DNA of 53,808 nt from a virus, in the IMG/VR virus record IMGVR_UViG_3300037419_000815; one strand, written 5' to 3'. Under the pieces are notes generated by a model. That model ran no database searches, was not told the DNA's origin, and saw only the letters and a list, made by a program, of their open reading frames with translations. Every line of letters starts with the position of its first letter. The stretch's first letter is position 1. The position numbers and the translations under genes are program-made. This document shows positions 23,548-34,300 of the stretch, one piece after another.

Positions 23548-26246
23548 GCCGCGGCAATTTTCCGCTGTACTCCTTTAACGGCGGCCAGATCGATCGCAAG
23601 GCGCTTGGCCGCATCGACCTGCCGCGCATGGCGATCTGCGGCGAGGTCGTCAAGAACTGGATGCTGTCGACGCTTGGCTGGATGGGTATCCGCCCTGGCA
23701 CGTCCTACCTTGGCACCACGAAGAGCAATCTGGCGGCGAAGGTGTTCCGGTTCGTCGGCACCGGCGCGCAGTCCTCGCTGCTCGAACTCACCGATGGCAA
23801 GATGCGGGTGTGGAACGACGGCGCGCTGGTCACGCGGGCGGCCGTGACCACGACCATCGCCAACGGCAATTTCTCCGGCCTCTCCGGTTGGACGACGGTG
23901 CCTTCGCCCGGCGGCTCGGTGACGGCCTCCGGCGCCAGCACGGCCTATATCGTCGGGTCCGGCCTGACACGCTCCAAGCTGCGACAGGCGATCACCGTGC
24001 CTGGGCCATCCGCTGGGCTTGAGCACGGCATCAACGTCACGGTCGGCTACGGCCCCGTCTTCATGCGCATCGGCACCACGGCTGGCGATGATGATGTGGT
24101 CGCCGAGATGACGCTGCAAACCGGCGCGCATCGTCTCGCGGTCGCCCTGACGGGCACGGTGTACCTGGAGTTTTCTGCGCCGGACAAGTATCGTCGCGAG
24201 GTCGGGCCGGTCTCGATCGATGGCGCCGGCGTGCTCGAAGTGACGGCGCCGTGGGTCGCAGTGGACCTGCCGAAGCTGCGCATCTGCCAGGAAGGTGATG
24301 TGATCTTCGCCGCCTGCCGCGGCTATCCGCAAAAGCGCATCGTCGGCCGCGGTCGCAAGTCGTGGAGCATCGAAGAGTATCGCGCCATCAAGGGGCCATT
24401 CAAGCCGCCGGTCCCGGCGCAGATCCCGATTGCGCCATCGGGCAAGCTCGGCGGCATCACGCTGACGGCGAACGACGCCATCTTCAAGCCGGGCCACGTC
24501 GGCGCAATCTGGGAACTGATCCATACCGGGCAGGATGAAATCGCGACGATCTCCGGCGACAGCCAGTACACCGATCCGATCCGTGTCACCGGCGTCGACA
24601 GCCAGGGCACCGACCAGTACAACGCCCACACCGGCCAGCGCACGTTCCAGGTCAAGATCAGCGGCACGTGGACGGGCACCATCACGCTGGAGCGCTCATT
24701 CGGCACCGATGACGCCTTCGGCAAATTTGCCACCTACACTGCGAACGTTGACGTCGCCGTCAATGACACCAACGACAACGCCATTGTGTTCTGGCGCCTC
24801 GGCTTTGCGCCCGGCGGCTGGGCGTCGGGCAGCGCCACCGTGGAACTGGTCTATGCCGGCGGCACGACAGTCGGGCGTGTCAGGATCACGGCGTATACCT
24901 CGCCGACCGTGGTGAGCGCCGAAGTCACTGACGCCCTCGGCGGCACAACGTCAACCGCAATCTGGCGCGAGGGCTATTGGTCCGGCGTGCAGGGCTATCC
25001 GCGCGATGTCGTGGTCAGTGACGGCCGGCTGTGGTGGCTGGGGCAGAACTACATGTTCGGCTCCGTCTCGGACGCCTACGACAACTACGACGACGCGACC
25101 ACGGGCGACAGCGCGCCGGTCGTGCGATCGATCGCGACTGGGCCGGCGGATGGCAATCTGTGGGTGCTGAAGCTGTTCAACATGGTGGTGGGCTCCGCAG
25201 TCGCCATTAACGTGGTACGGTCGAACGCTATCGATGAGCCGATCACGCCGACCGTGTTTTCGGCGCGCGAAATTGACCAGCTCGGCAGTGCCGACATCTC
25301 GCCGGAGGCGGTCGGGCAGCGCGGCGTCTATGTCGGCCGCAGCGGCATTGACCTGTTCGAGATCGCGGCGAGCGATACCGGCGACTATGCCGTGCAGACG
25401 CTGATGCGGCTCGCGCCCGACATCGCCCTGGCCGGCATCGTCAAGGTTTTCGCACAGTATAGGCCGGACCCCCGCGTCTATTGCGTGCTGGCCGATGGCA
25501 CGATGGCGGTGTTGACCTACAACCGCGACGAAAAGGTCATCGCTTGGACGATCTACGAGACGGACGGCAAGGTCGAGGATGGCGAAAGCCTGCCGGGCGT
25601 GCAGGAAGATCAGGTTTATCTCGTCATCAACCGCACCATCGGCGGCGTGACGAACCGCTGCGTCGAGTTGCAGGCGATGGAGCGCGAAACGCGCGGCGGT
25701 GCCGTCAACAAGCTGGTGGATTGCGGCCGGGCGTTGACCAGCATGACGCCTACGCGGACGTTTACGGTGCCAGCCGGCTTCGAGAGCAAGCGCATCGCCA
25801 TCTGGGCAGACGGGCGGGGCTACGACAACCTGCCGGTGATCAATGGCACCGTGACGCTGCCGATGACAGCGCCGGCGGTCACCTCGGTCTGGTGGGGCTT
25901 GCCATACACCGCGCAGTTCAAGTCGACGAAGCTCGCCTATGCCGCGGACGCCGGTTCGGCGCTGATGCAGAAGAAGCGCATCGACCATATCGCGCTCCTG
26001 CTCGACAAGACCGTGCCGCAGGCGGTGCTTTATGGCGATAGCTTCACGCGCCTCGATCCTCTGCCGCGCGTGGTGGCTGGCGCCGAGATCGATCAGAACG
26101 TGCTGTACGACGAGATCGACGATGTCGCAGTGCCGTTCTCCGGCTCTTGGACGACCGATGCCAGGGTGTGCATCCAGGCGAAGTCGCCCTATCCGGTGAC
26201 GCTGAAAGCCCTCGTGGTTAGCCTCGCGACCCATGATGCCCGTTGA
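23544..26246 (+). CDS. tail tubular protein B-like / tail hub (nozzle), putative (GTG start)
   Basis: 900 aa, beta-rich. Position between the adaptor-like gene and the ejection proteins. Confidence 0.45.
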   Translation: MSRGNFPLYSFNGGQIDRKALGRIDLPRMAICGEVVKNWMLSTLGWMGIRPGTSYLGTTKSNLAAKVFRFVGTGAQSSLLELTDGKMRVWNDGALVTRAAVTTTIANGNFSGLSGWTTVPSPGGSVTASGASTAYIVGSGLTRSKLRQAITVPGPSAGLEHGINVTVGYGPVFMRIGTTAGDDDVVAEMTLQTGAHRLAVALTGTVYLEFSAPDKYRREVGPVSIDGAGVLEVTAPWVAVDLPKLRICQEGDVIFAACRGYPQKRIVGRGRKSWSIEEYRAIKGPFKPPVPAQIPIAPSGKLGGITLTANDAIFKPGHVGAIWELIHTGQDEIATISGDSQYTDPIRVTGVDSQGTDQYNAHTGQRTFQVKISGTWTGTITLERSFGTDDAFGKFATYTANVDVAVNDTNDNAIVFWRLGFAPGGWASGSATVELVYAGGTTVGRVRITAYTSPTVVSAEVTDALGGTTSTAIWREGYWSGVQGYPRDVVVSDGRLWWLGQNYMFGSVSDAYDNYDDATTGDSAPVVRSIATGPADGNLWVLKLFNMVVGSAVAINVVRSNAIDEPITPTVFSAREIDQLGSADISPEAVGQRGVYVGRSGIDLFEIAASDTGDYAVQTLMRLAPDIALAGIVKVFAQYRPDPRVYCVLADGTMAVLTYNRDEKVIAWTIYETDGKVEDGESLPGVQEDQVYLVINRTIGGVTNRCVELQAMERETRGGAVNKLVDCGRALTSMTPTRTFTVPAGFESKRIAIWADGRGYDNLPVINGTVTLPMTAPAVTSVWWGLPYTAQFKSTKLAYAADAGSALMQKKRIDHIALLLDKTVPQAVLYGDSFTRLDPLPRVVAGAEIDQNVLYDEIDDVAVPFSGSWTTDARVCIQAKSPYPVTLKALVVSLATHDAR

Positions 26247-26616
26247 GTACCGCAGGACGCGGCAGAGCGACATCCACCGCTTCGGCCAGTTCGTCCTGCA
26301 GAAGCCTGCCCGTTTTTACGGATTGACCGCCTGGTGCGGCCGGCGCGCTGTCGGCATGGGCGGCGTAGCCAAGCCGCTCGATGGCGGCCCGGCATGGGGC
26401 TACGTATTCCGGGCGCCCGGTTTCGAGGACGCACTCGGCAAGGGGCTGCATCGCCGCGCGTTGCGCTTCCTGGCGGCTCTGCGCCGCTGCGGCATCCGCG
26501 TCGAGACATCCTGTGACGAGACGGTTCCGCGTGCATCCGAATGGCTGGCTCGCCTCGGCTTCGTCGCCACTGACCGCCGCTATGACGGCGCTCCGATTTT
26601 CGAGTTGAGGCACTGA
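26233..26616 (+). CDS. small GNAT-like acetyltransferase, tentative
   Basis: 'RRAVGMGGV' resembles GNAT motif A (R-x-x-G-x-G), and 'WLARLGF' resembles its C-terminal element. Only 127 aa. Confidence 0.3.
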   Translation: MMPVEYRRTRQSDIHRFGQFVLQKPARFYGLTAWCGRRAVGMGGVAKPLDGGPAWGYVFRAPGFEDALGKGLHRRALRFLAALRRCGIRVETSCDETVPRASEWLARLGFVATDRRYDGAPIFELRH

Positions 26617-27161
26617 TGGCAGTCGTCGGGCCTATCCTTACCGCTGTCGGCGCGGTCGTCTCGGCGGCCGGCTCGATCATGGCCGGCAATGCGCAGGCGG
26701 CGCAGCAGAAGTTCCAGGCGCAGCAACTGGACATGAAGGCCAAGGAGGAGCGCGCGGGCGCGACGCGGCAGGCTGCCGATCAGGCCAAGCAGCAAGACCT
26801 GATCATATCCCGCCAGCGCGCGCTTGCGGCGGCGTCCGGCGGCAGCGCGACCGACCCGACCATCCTCGACCTGATGGGCGACACGGCAGCACAGGGCTAC
26901 GTGCAGCAGCAGACCACGCTCGGCATGGGGGAGAACCAGGCGCGCGGCTATGAGGACGCTGCAGCCTCGGCACGGGCGAGCGCGAAGAGCGCGCGGATGG
27001 CCGGTTACATCGGCGCTGGCTCGTCGCTGTTGAGCGGCCTCGGCAGCGCCTTCGACAACTACGCGAAGGGCGTGAAGGGCATGGGCGGCTATGGCGGTGG
27101 CATGCCGTATCAGACGCCCGGCGGCGGCGATGCCGCGTCTAGTTCTTGGTGGCAGTGGTAA
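26616..27161 (+). CDS. internal virion (ejection) protein with N-terminal TM segment, putative
   Basis: 'MAVVGPILTAVGAVVSAAGSIMAG', then a Gln/Ala-rich helical region. Precedes the giant ejection proteins. Confidence 0.4.
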   Translation: MAVVGPILTAVGAVVSAAGSIMAGNAQAAQQKFQAQQLDMKAKEERAGATRQAADQAKQQDLIISRQRALAAASGGSATDPTILDLMGDTAAQGYVQQQTTLGMGENQARGYEDAAASARASAKSARMAGYIGAGSSLLSGLGSAFDNYAKGVKGMGGYGGGMPYQTPGGGDAASSSWWQW

Positions 27162-30100
27162 TGCCTGTTCGCCTTCCTGATTTCACCGACCTCGGACCGG
27201 CGTCTGGCAGCTATGTCTCCGGCCGTCCGATCGCGCCGGGACCGACCGACTACGTCGGTCCCGCAATACAGCGGGCCGGCGGCGCGATCGAAAACCTCGG
27301 CGGTTCCGTCCAGAACGCCACGGATGCGCTGCGGTTTCAACAGCAGCGCGAGCAGAACTTCGACGCCGCCGCCAACTTCCAGGCGTTCCAGAACCAGCAG
27401 AACGACCTTGCCCGGCAGGCGAAGGAGAACATGCCGCCCGGTGGGGGCGACACCACGGCCGCGTTCCGAACGCAATATCAGAAGGCGGCAAACGACTTCG
27501 CTTCCACGCTGACGCCGGAGCAGCGCGCGCGCTTCAAGCCGCTGATCGTCAACTATGAGGGGCAGCTCACCGACAGCCTCGGGCAGCATGAGTATGCCGA
27601 GAAGCAGCGCTATGCCTTGGTGCAGGAAGGCGACCGCGTCAACGCCAACATCACGCTGGCGCGCAACGATCCGGGCAACGTCGATCTCCAGAAGAAGCTC
27701 ATGCTGCAGGACCAGCAGCGCATCGATGCCAATCCGTCCCTCTCGCCGATCCAGAAGGAGACCGCCAAGCACAACCTGATGGCCATGTATGCGGCCGGCA
27801 TCAATCCGGCGCTGGCTCAGGATGGAAGCGTCGTCAAGAACCTGTTCGGCGTGCAAGGCTACAGCTCGGCCGATGATGCGTGGCGGCGCATGCATATCGC
27901 CGAGAACGCGAGCGGCAACCCAGCGGCAGTATCAAGCAAAGGCGCCCTGGGCGTTGTGCAGGTCATGCCGGACACTGCGCGGGCGACGGCCAAGGAACTC
28001 GGCATGGCGAACGTCGCGGCCATGTCGGACAGTCAGCTTCATGCCTACTTCGCAGCCAACCCGCAGGCGAACGAGCAGATCGGCAAAGCCTACTTCGGCA
28101 AGATGCTGCAGCGCTACGGCGGCGATACGCAGGCGGCGGTGATTGCCTACAACGCTGGCCCTGGCGTCGCGGACGATTGGCTGCGCAAGGGGCGTGACAA
28201 CGATGTCCTGCCGAAGGAAACGCAGGGCTATGTCCGCAAAGTGCTTGGCGGCGATGTCGGCCCGTCTGGTCCTGGTGGCGCCGAAGCGATGGTCGGCCAG
28301 GATGTCGGCATCGGCGGTGATGAGGCGGGCGGCAAGACGCCATTCGTCAATGCGCAGGGCCAGCGCTACGAGGCGCCGCAGATTGTTCTTAAGCCCGGCG
28401 CAGACCTCACGAATCTGTCGCCTGGCGCCAAGGGCATGGTGCAAGGCATCCTCGGCGACGGCATGGTGCCGGAACTGAAGATCACGGCGGGCTATGCCAC
28501 TGGCGGCCACGTCGAACATTCGCAGCACTATCAGGGCAACGCGATCGACTTCAACGTCGCTGGCTGGAGCGATCAGCAGAAGGCAGCACTGATCTCGTCT
28601 GCCATCGCGCATGGTGGCCGCGGCATCGGCATCTATCCGTCCGGTAACTCCATTCACATCGATACGCGGGCCAACCCGACTTTCTGGGGGCCGAGCCCGG
28701 CCGGCATTTACAAGGGCGCATCCCTCGATCAGGCGCCGGCCTGGGCGCAGCCTGCGCTGGCGAAGCTGTTCAAGGGCGGCGGCGGTTATGTGCCGGACCA
28801 CTATCAGGTCGCCTCGCGCTACGTCGAGCAGCGCTTCTCCGGTCTCGATCCGGACAGCGTCAACAAGATGGCGAATTCGCTGGTCGATGCCAACAACGCC
28901 TTTCTGACGCAGGCCAAGGCCGACGCGGCGGCCATGGAGCAGCAGCGCAAGGCGCTCGTCGACCAGTACCAGTATGCCGCCCGTAACGGCCAACTCGGCG
29001 AAAGCGACATCGAGCAGGGCTGGCAGAATGGCACGCTCAAGACCTATGAGGAGTATTCCTCGGTCCGCGCCGCTCGCAAGGAATACCTGACCGAGCGCGA
29101 TCAGGGCGCCGGTGCCGTCGATCAGATGTTCGGAGCGAACCCGAAAACGGATTGGAACCGGTTCGAGGACAAAGACAAGAAGATCGCGGCAAATGCCTAC
29201 ACCGAAATCGTGCGGGCTTCGCCGGACAAGGCGATCCAAGCCGTCGATGCGATCCAGCGGGTTAGCGGCATCGTTCCGCAGCCGGCCGCCAACGGGATGC
29301 GCCAGGCTATTTACGGCACTGACCAGAACATCGCCGGCCAGGCGCTACAGGTCGCCGCGAACCTGATGACGCGCAACCCGAACGCCTTCACTGGCGTCGA
29401 GGGTGGCGATGCGATCTCCAAATCCGCCGTCGCCTATCGCCACTACCTCGACCAGGGCACGAGCACGGCGGATGCAGTGCGACGCGTCACCGAACAGAAC
29501 GATCCGGCCTACCGCTCGAAGGTCGTGGTCAAGGACGCCGACCTGAAGACATTCACGGACGGTATCACGCCGGCCACGATCAGCCATCTTTACGATCAGT
29601 CGCCGTGGCTCCCGTTGATGGGCGATCCTCGCGTCGGCGTCTCGCCGGAGCAGCAGGGCGCGATCACGCAGGACTTCAAGGAAGTCGCTGAGCAGTTCTA
29701 TCGCGAGAGCGGCGACCCGGCGCTTGCGATGGCACAGGCCAAGGCACAACTCGACAAGGTGTACGGCGTGACGACGGCGTTCGGCACAGCGACGCTGACG
29801 AAATACCCGGTGGAGCGGTCCTATCCCGCCATCAGCGATGGGCGCGACAGCACCGGGTATGAGTACGTCTATCGCCAAGCCTCGGAGGCCGTGAAGCAGG
29901 CGACGGGCAAGGACATCCCGGCGACCGATATTGCGCTGTTGCCGATGCCGCAGGGCGAGACGGCGCAGGCGTTCGATGCCGGCAAGCCAGCACCCTACCG
30001 CCTCGCCTATGTCGACCGCACGAGCGGCCAGCCTGTGCTCGAATACATCTACGGCCCGAACGGCAAGGCGGCCTTCGTCGCTGATCCGGCAGAGGCGCAG

Positions 30101-31366
30101 CAGGCGATCCAGAGCGGGCGCGCTGCCACATTCAAGGAATGGCAGGGGCAGGACATCCAAGAGCAACAACAGCGCCGCGAAATGCTGAGCAAGGAAGGAA
30201 GCCCGATCGGTCCCTTTGCGCCAGAACTACCGCCGAAGTACGCGACGCCGCCGCAGCGCAGCTACATGTACGGAGCGCAGTCTAACCTTGGGGTGCATGA
30301 CGTCCAGCCGATGTCTACACCGGCTTGGCGACCTGGCCAGCCAGAGAATCCACCGCCGTTTGAGCGCCCTGGATCGCAGCCGGACATTCCTGATGGTCAA
30401 GACGATTATCGGGTCGGTTTGCAGAAGCGGCTGGATGACGTGAACCAACGCCGTCAGAAGGTAGGCTTGCCGCCTGTTTCGCTGCCATCAGAGACGGACA
30501 TCCCGGCCGATGGTCGTAATATTCAGCACGAGGATGTCGGCGACACGACAACGACAGGCGGAAAGGAGAATCAAGGGTTCTTTAGCTGGCTTGTCGGCAA
30601 TGATCCGGAGATGCGCCATATCCAAGCCAAGCCGATTTCGGGGTGGCCTACGGAAGATGACGCTAAAAGAGCGCTCGAAAACGGCCAGTTCTATGGCCAA
30701 GACGAGGCATTCCTTGGCGGCCAACGTGGCAATCTCGTCGGCGAAAGCGTCTCCAGCCCGGCCACGATGGCGAAGGGCCGCAACACCTATGCTGAGGCGT
30801 TCGCGCCGGGCGTGATGACGGGGCGGATGAGCGACATCTTCGATAAGTTGAGCACCGGCACTAAGTCGAAGCTGATGGGCCTCGATCCGTCGCAACGACA
30901 GAGTATCGTCAAATCGGCGCTGGTGGCGAACCGCATCCCGCTGGCGGCGCTCGGCTTCGATCCGCGCAAGTTCTTCATCGAGGCGGCGAATGGCTCGTTT
31001 CTGACTGTGGCCGGGGCTTACGATCAGAAGACAGATTCCGTTCTGTCTAGCCTTGCCTACAATAGCAATCTCGTTCACGAGTCGGTACATCGTGGGCTTG
31101 AGATACTGCGCAAAGAATATCCCTCGGAAATGAAGGAGATAGAGAAGAACCTTCCGCCAGAGGAAAGCATCGTTCGCTGGATCATGTATAGCCAAGCCGG
31201 GAATCAGGAGACAGGCAGAGGCGACATCGGCGATCAGCAGATTTCTGGCGCGCGCTTTGTCTTTGAAGATCCGCTTTTCGGCAAAGGCGCGCAAGAGCAA
31301 TTGCAAAGGGTGAACGATTTGGCTGCGCAGCTTTATGTCAAGCGGCACGGGCGTGGACCAAAGTGA
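27161..31366 (+). CDS. giant internal virion/ejection protein with lytic transglycosylase (SLT) and peptidase M15-like domains
   Basis: SLT: 'GALGVVQVMPDTA...AYNAGPG' (nt ~27890-28200). M15-like zinc site: 'HSQHYQGNAIDF...SIHID' (nt ~28470-28675). TAATG start (the track start at 27146 is a GTG). Confidence 0.75.
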   Translation: MPVRLPDFTDLGPASGSYVSGRPIAPGPTDYVGPAIQRAGGAIENLGGSVQNATDALRFQQQREQNFDAAANFQAFQNQQNDLARQAKENMPPGGGDTTAAFRTQYQKAANDFASTLTPEQRARFKPLIVNYEGQLTDSLGQHEYAEKQRYALVQEGDRVNANITLARNDPGNVDLQKKLMLQDQQRIDANPSLSPIQKETAKHNLMAMYAAGINPALAQDGSVVKNLFGVQGYSSADDAWRRMHIAENASGNPAAVSSKGALGVVQVMPDTARATAKELGMANVAAMSDSQLHAYFAANPQANEQIGKAYFGKMLQRYGGDTQAAVIAYNAGPGVADDWLRKGRDNDVLPKETQGYVRKVLGGDVGPSGPGGAEAMVGQDVGIGGDEAGGKTPFVNAQGQRYEAPQIVLKPGADLTNLSPGAKGMVQGILGDGMVPELKITAGYATGGHVEHSQHYQGNAIDFNVAGWSDQQKAALISSAIAHGGRGIGIYPSGNSIHIDTRANPTFWGPSPAGIYKGASLDQAPAWAQPALAKLFKGGGGYVPDHYQVASRYVEQRFSGLDPDSVNKMANSLVDANNAFLTQAKADAAAMEQQRKALVDQYQYAARNGQLGESDIEQGWQNGTLKTYEEYSSVRAARKEYLTERDQGAGAVDQMFGANPKTDWNRFEDKDKKIAANAYTEIVRASPDKAIQAVDAIQRVSGIVPQPAANGMRQAIYGTDQNIAGQALQVAANLMTRNPNAFTGVEGGDAISKSAVAYRHYLDQGTSTADAVRRVTEQNDPAYRSKVVVKDADLKTFTDGITPATISHLYDQSPWLPLMGDPRVGVSPEQQGAITQDFKEVAEQFYRESGDPALAMAQAKAQLDKVYGVTTAFGTATLTKYPVERSYPAISDGRDSTGYEYVYRQASEAVKQATGKDIPATDIALLPMPQGETAQAFDAGKPAPYRLAYVDRTSGQPVLEYIYGPNGKAAFVADPAEAQQAIQSGRAATFKEWQGQDIQEQQQRREMLSKEGSPIGPFAPELPPKYATPPQRSYMYGAQSNLGVHDVQPMSTPAWRPGQPENPPPFERPGSQPDIPDGQDDYRVGLQKRLDDVNQRRQKVGLPPVSLPSETDIPADGRNIQHEDVGDTTTTGGKENQGFFSWLVGNDPEMRHIQAKPISGWPTEDDAKRALENGQFYGQDEAFLGGQRGNLVGESVSSPATMAKGRNTYAEAFAPGVMTGRMSDIFDKLSTGTKSKLMGLDPSQRQSIVKSALVANRIPLAALGFDPRKFFIEAANGSFLTVAGAYDQKTDSVLSSLAYNSNLVHESVHRGLEILRKEYPSEMKEIEKNLPPEESIVRWIMYSQAGNQETGRGDIGDQQISGARFVFEDPLFGKGAQEQLQRVNDLAAQLYVKRHGRGPK

Positions 31367-34300
31367 TGCCCCTGATCGATCTCGCGCCAACGCCTCTCGA
31401 CACGCCCTTCGTCGGCGTGCCTGAGACTGCGACCGCCGATCAGCAATCGGCGGCAGAGCAGGTGCGGCCGGAGTTCTCCCAAACGCTTGGCGCCGCCTTT
31501 CGCCAAAACAACCTCGTCGGCTCGTTCTTCTCCAACAAGGACATGGGCGCGCCGGAAGACGTTGACCTGAACTTCGACGCCTGGGGCGCGATCAAGGGAA
31601 CGCCCTACGAGCAATACTGGGATCGCTTTGTCGACGTGCACAATCCGAAAGCCATGGGCATGCGGAAGGCGCAGATCGACATGGAGGCGAAGGATCGGCA
31701 GACACTGGCGGCATCCGGCTGGGTGGGCACTCTTTCCGACATCGGCGCCACGGTGCTCGATCCGACGATCCTCCTGCCCGTCGCCGGCACTGTCAGCAAG
31801 GCGCGTGGTGGCATCTCGGTTGCCCGCTCTGCGCTGGCGGCCGGCGCATCCATCGCCGGCATCACGGCGGCGCAAGAAGCTGGACTGCATGCGACGCAGC
31901 AGCTTCGCACGCCAGAGGAAAGCGCCTGGGCCATCGGTTCGTCGGCGTTGCTTGGCACGTTCATCGGCGGCGGTGCTGCGGCCTTCCTGTCTAGGGCGGA
32001 GCAGAAAGCGGCTACGGACGCGCTGGACAGGCTGCGGACGCAAGGCAGCAGTATCAACCCGACTGCAGAGGAAGCCGCTGGCGGCGCTCCTAGGCAGGCT
32101 GTGAGCGGCGGCGCGGCGGCGGCAGAGACGGCAACGCGCGAAGACCTGACCGTGGCCGGACGTGCCGCGCGAGCAGTGGCGGAATCGACGGATTTCCTCA
32201 ATCCGAACCTTCGGCTCAATGCATCTCCGTCTGTCGCAGCTCGCCGCATCGGTCAGCAACTCGCTGAGAACACGTTGTTCCAGAATATGCATGCGGAGGG
32301 CGAGACGCTTGGGCCTGCGGCGGAAACGCTGATGCGGACCATGATGAACGGCCGTTTGGCGGACGCCGTTTCGGCGCACAATCAAATCTTCTCGGCAGGG
32401 CGCAAGGCCAACTTCGGCATGACACGGCCTGAGTTCGAGGATGCGGTTGGCGAGGCCATGCGACGTGGCGACGTCGGCCAGAACGATTTCGTCACGCAAG
32501 CCGCACAGTCCTGGCGGCAAAAGCTGTTCGACCCGTTCAAGGACGAGGCGATCGCTGAGAAGCTGCTGCCGTCTGACGTGAGCGTCGACACGGCGGAGAG
32601 CTACTTCCGGCGCCTCTACAATCAGCAGCGGCTCACGGCGCGTGAGGGCGAGTTCAAGCAGATCGTGCGTGATTGGGCGGATGCCGAGGTCAAACGCGTC
32701 GCCGCAGCCTTCGACAAGGAGACGAGCGATCTCCTTGCCAAGGCCAAGCCGGCGGAAGTCGCGGCACTGAAGGGCGAGCGTGGCGCGCTGCGGGCGGAAA
32801 AGTTCGGCAATGCCGGCGAGGACTATGCCGGCGAGATCGCCGATGCGGTCTATAGCAAGTTGACCGGACGCGGCTTCGACAACAATCTGCCGGATCACCT
32901 GGTGCCGACGACGCGTGGGCCGCTGAAAGAGCGCACGTTCCACATCCCCGATGCGCTGATCGAGCCGTTCCTTGAGAGCAATGTTATCCACGTCGGGCAT
33001 GAGTATGCCCGCAAGATGGCGGCAGAGATCGAACTGACGCGCCGCTTCGGTTCTGCCGACATGGCGGAGCAGCTTCGTAAGATCGCCGACGAGTATACGG
33101 CGATCCGCAAGCAGGTGTCCGACGCCAAGGACATTCAGACGATGCGCGCCATTTCAGACCGCGATCCCGGCGCGGTGAAGTGGCTGGCGGAGCAGGTCAA
33201 GAAGCCTGATCTGGAAAAGACCCGCGAAGGTCTGCTCGCCTACCTAGGCAAGTCCGAGAAACAGGATGTGCAGGACGTCGAGGCCATGCGCGACCTGCTG
33301 CGTGGCACCTACAAGAAAGCCTCGATGCGCTCGATCTGGGGGCGCATTGCCCACGGCGTTCTGGCCTACAACTACATCACCCGTCTCGGCGGCGTCATCC
33401 TCGCGAACGTATCCGAAATATTCCGGCCAGCGATGGTCTACGGCATGAAGTCGCTGATGACCGAAGGCTTCGCGCCGCTGCTATCGGGCGCCAAGCGCGC
33501 GGCGGCCGGCATGGCGATCAACGAGGCGAAGCTTGCCGGCCAGGTCGTGGAGCGTGTCCTGCAGCATCGGCTATCGAGCTATGCCGAGTTGGGCGATCCC
33601 TATCGCGCCGGCTCGGCGATGGAACGCCTGCTTGATCAGGGCTCTCGCATCGCCACGCGCTGGAATTTCCTTACCGTCTGGACAGATGGCATGAAGGCCG
33701 TCACGTCCATCCTGGCGCAGAACCGTATCCTGCGGGCCGTGCGCGATGGCGGTGATGACCGCATGCTCGCCTATCTCGGCATCGACGCCAACGTTCGGGC
33801 TCGCATCGCCGACCAGTTCGCCAAGCACGGCGAAGAGATCGATGGTGTTCACGTCGCCAACACCGAGAAGTGGACCGATCCGCTCGCCGTCCGCACTTAT
33901 CGCGCGGCCATGTCCAAGGACATCGACAGCGTCATCGTGACCAAGAGCGTCGGCGATGTACCGCTGTTCGCCAACACGCCAACCGGCAAGCTCATTACGC
34001 AGTTCAAGGCATTCGCCCTTGCCTCGCACCAGCGCGTGCTTCTGCGGGGACTGCAGGAAAATCAGGCGCGCTTCGTCGGCGGCATGATTGCCATGACGGC
34101 AATCGGCATGCTGGCGACGTATCTGCGGGCGTTATCCGCCAACCGCGTCGACAAGGTGTCGATCGATCCGCAGACCGGCGCGTTCAATCCGGGATGGTGG
34201 ATCGGCGAGGGGCTGGACCAGACCGGCATCTTCTCCGTACCGATGGAGTTCTCCAACATCGTCGAGAAGTTCAGCGGCGTAAACCCGATCAAGAGCCCGC

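Noticed and set aside
31076-31090. HExxH ('HESVH') as evidence for a metalloprotease domain in the ejection protein
   Set aside because: A five-residue pattern is expected by chance somewhere in ~17,000 codons. I saw no third ligand or Met-turn context. It is kept only as a minor note within the ejection-protein finding.
32986-32993. DnaA-box-like TTATCCAC as a possible origin
   Set aside because: It is a single copy deep inside the ejection-protein gene, with no clustering and no AT-rich neighbour. The iteron cluster at 9957-10025 is a much better ori candidate.
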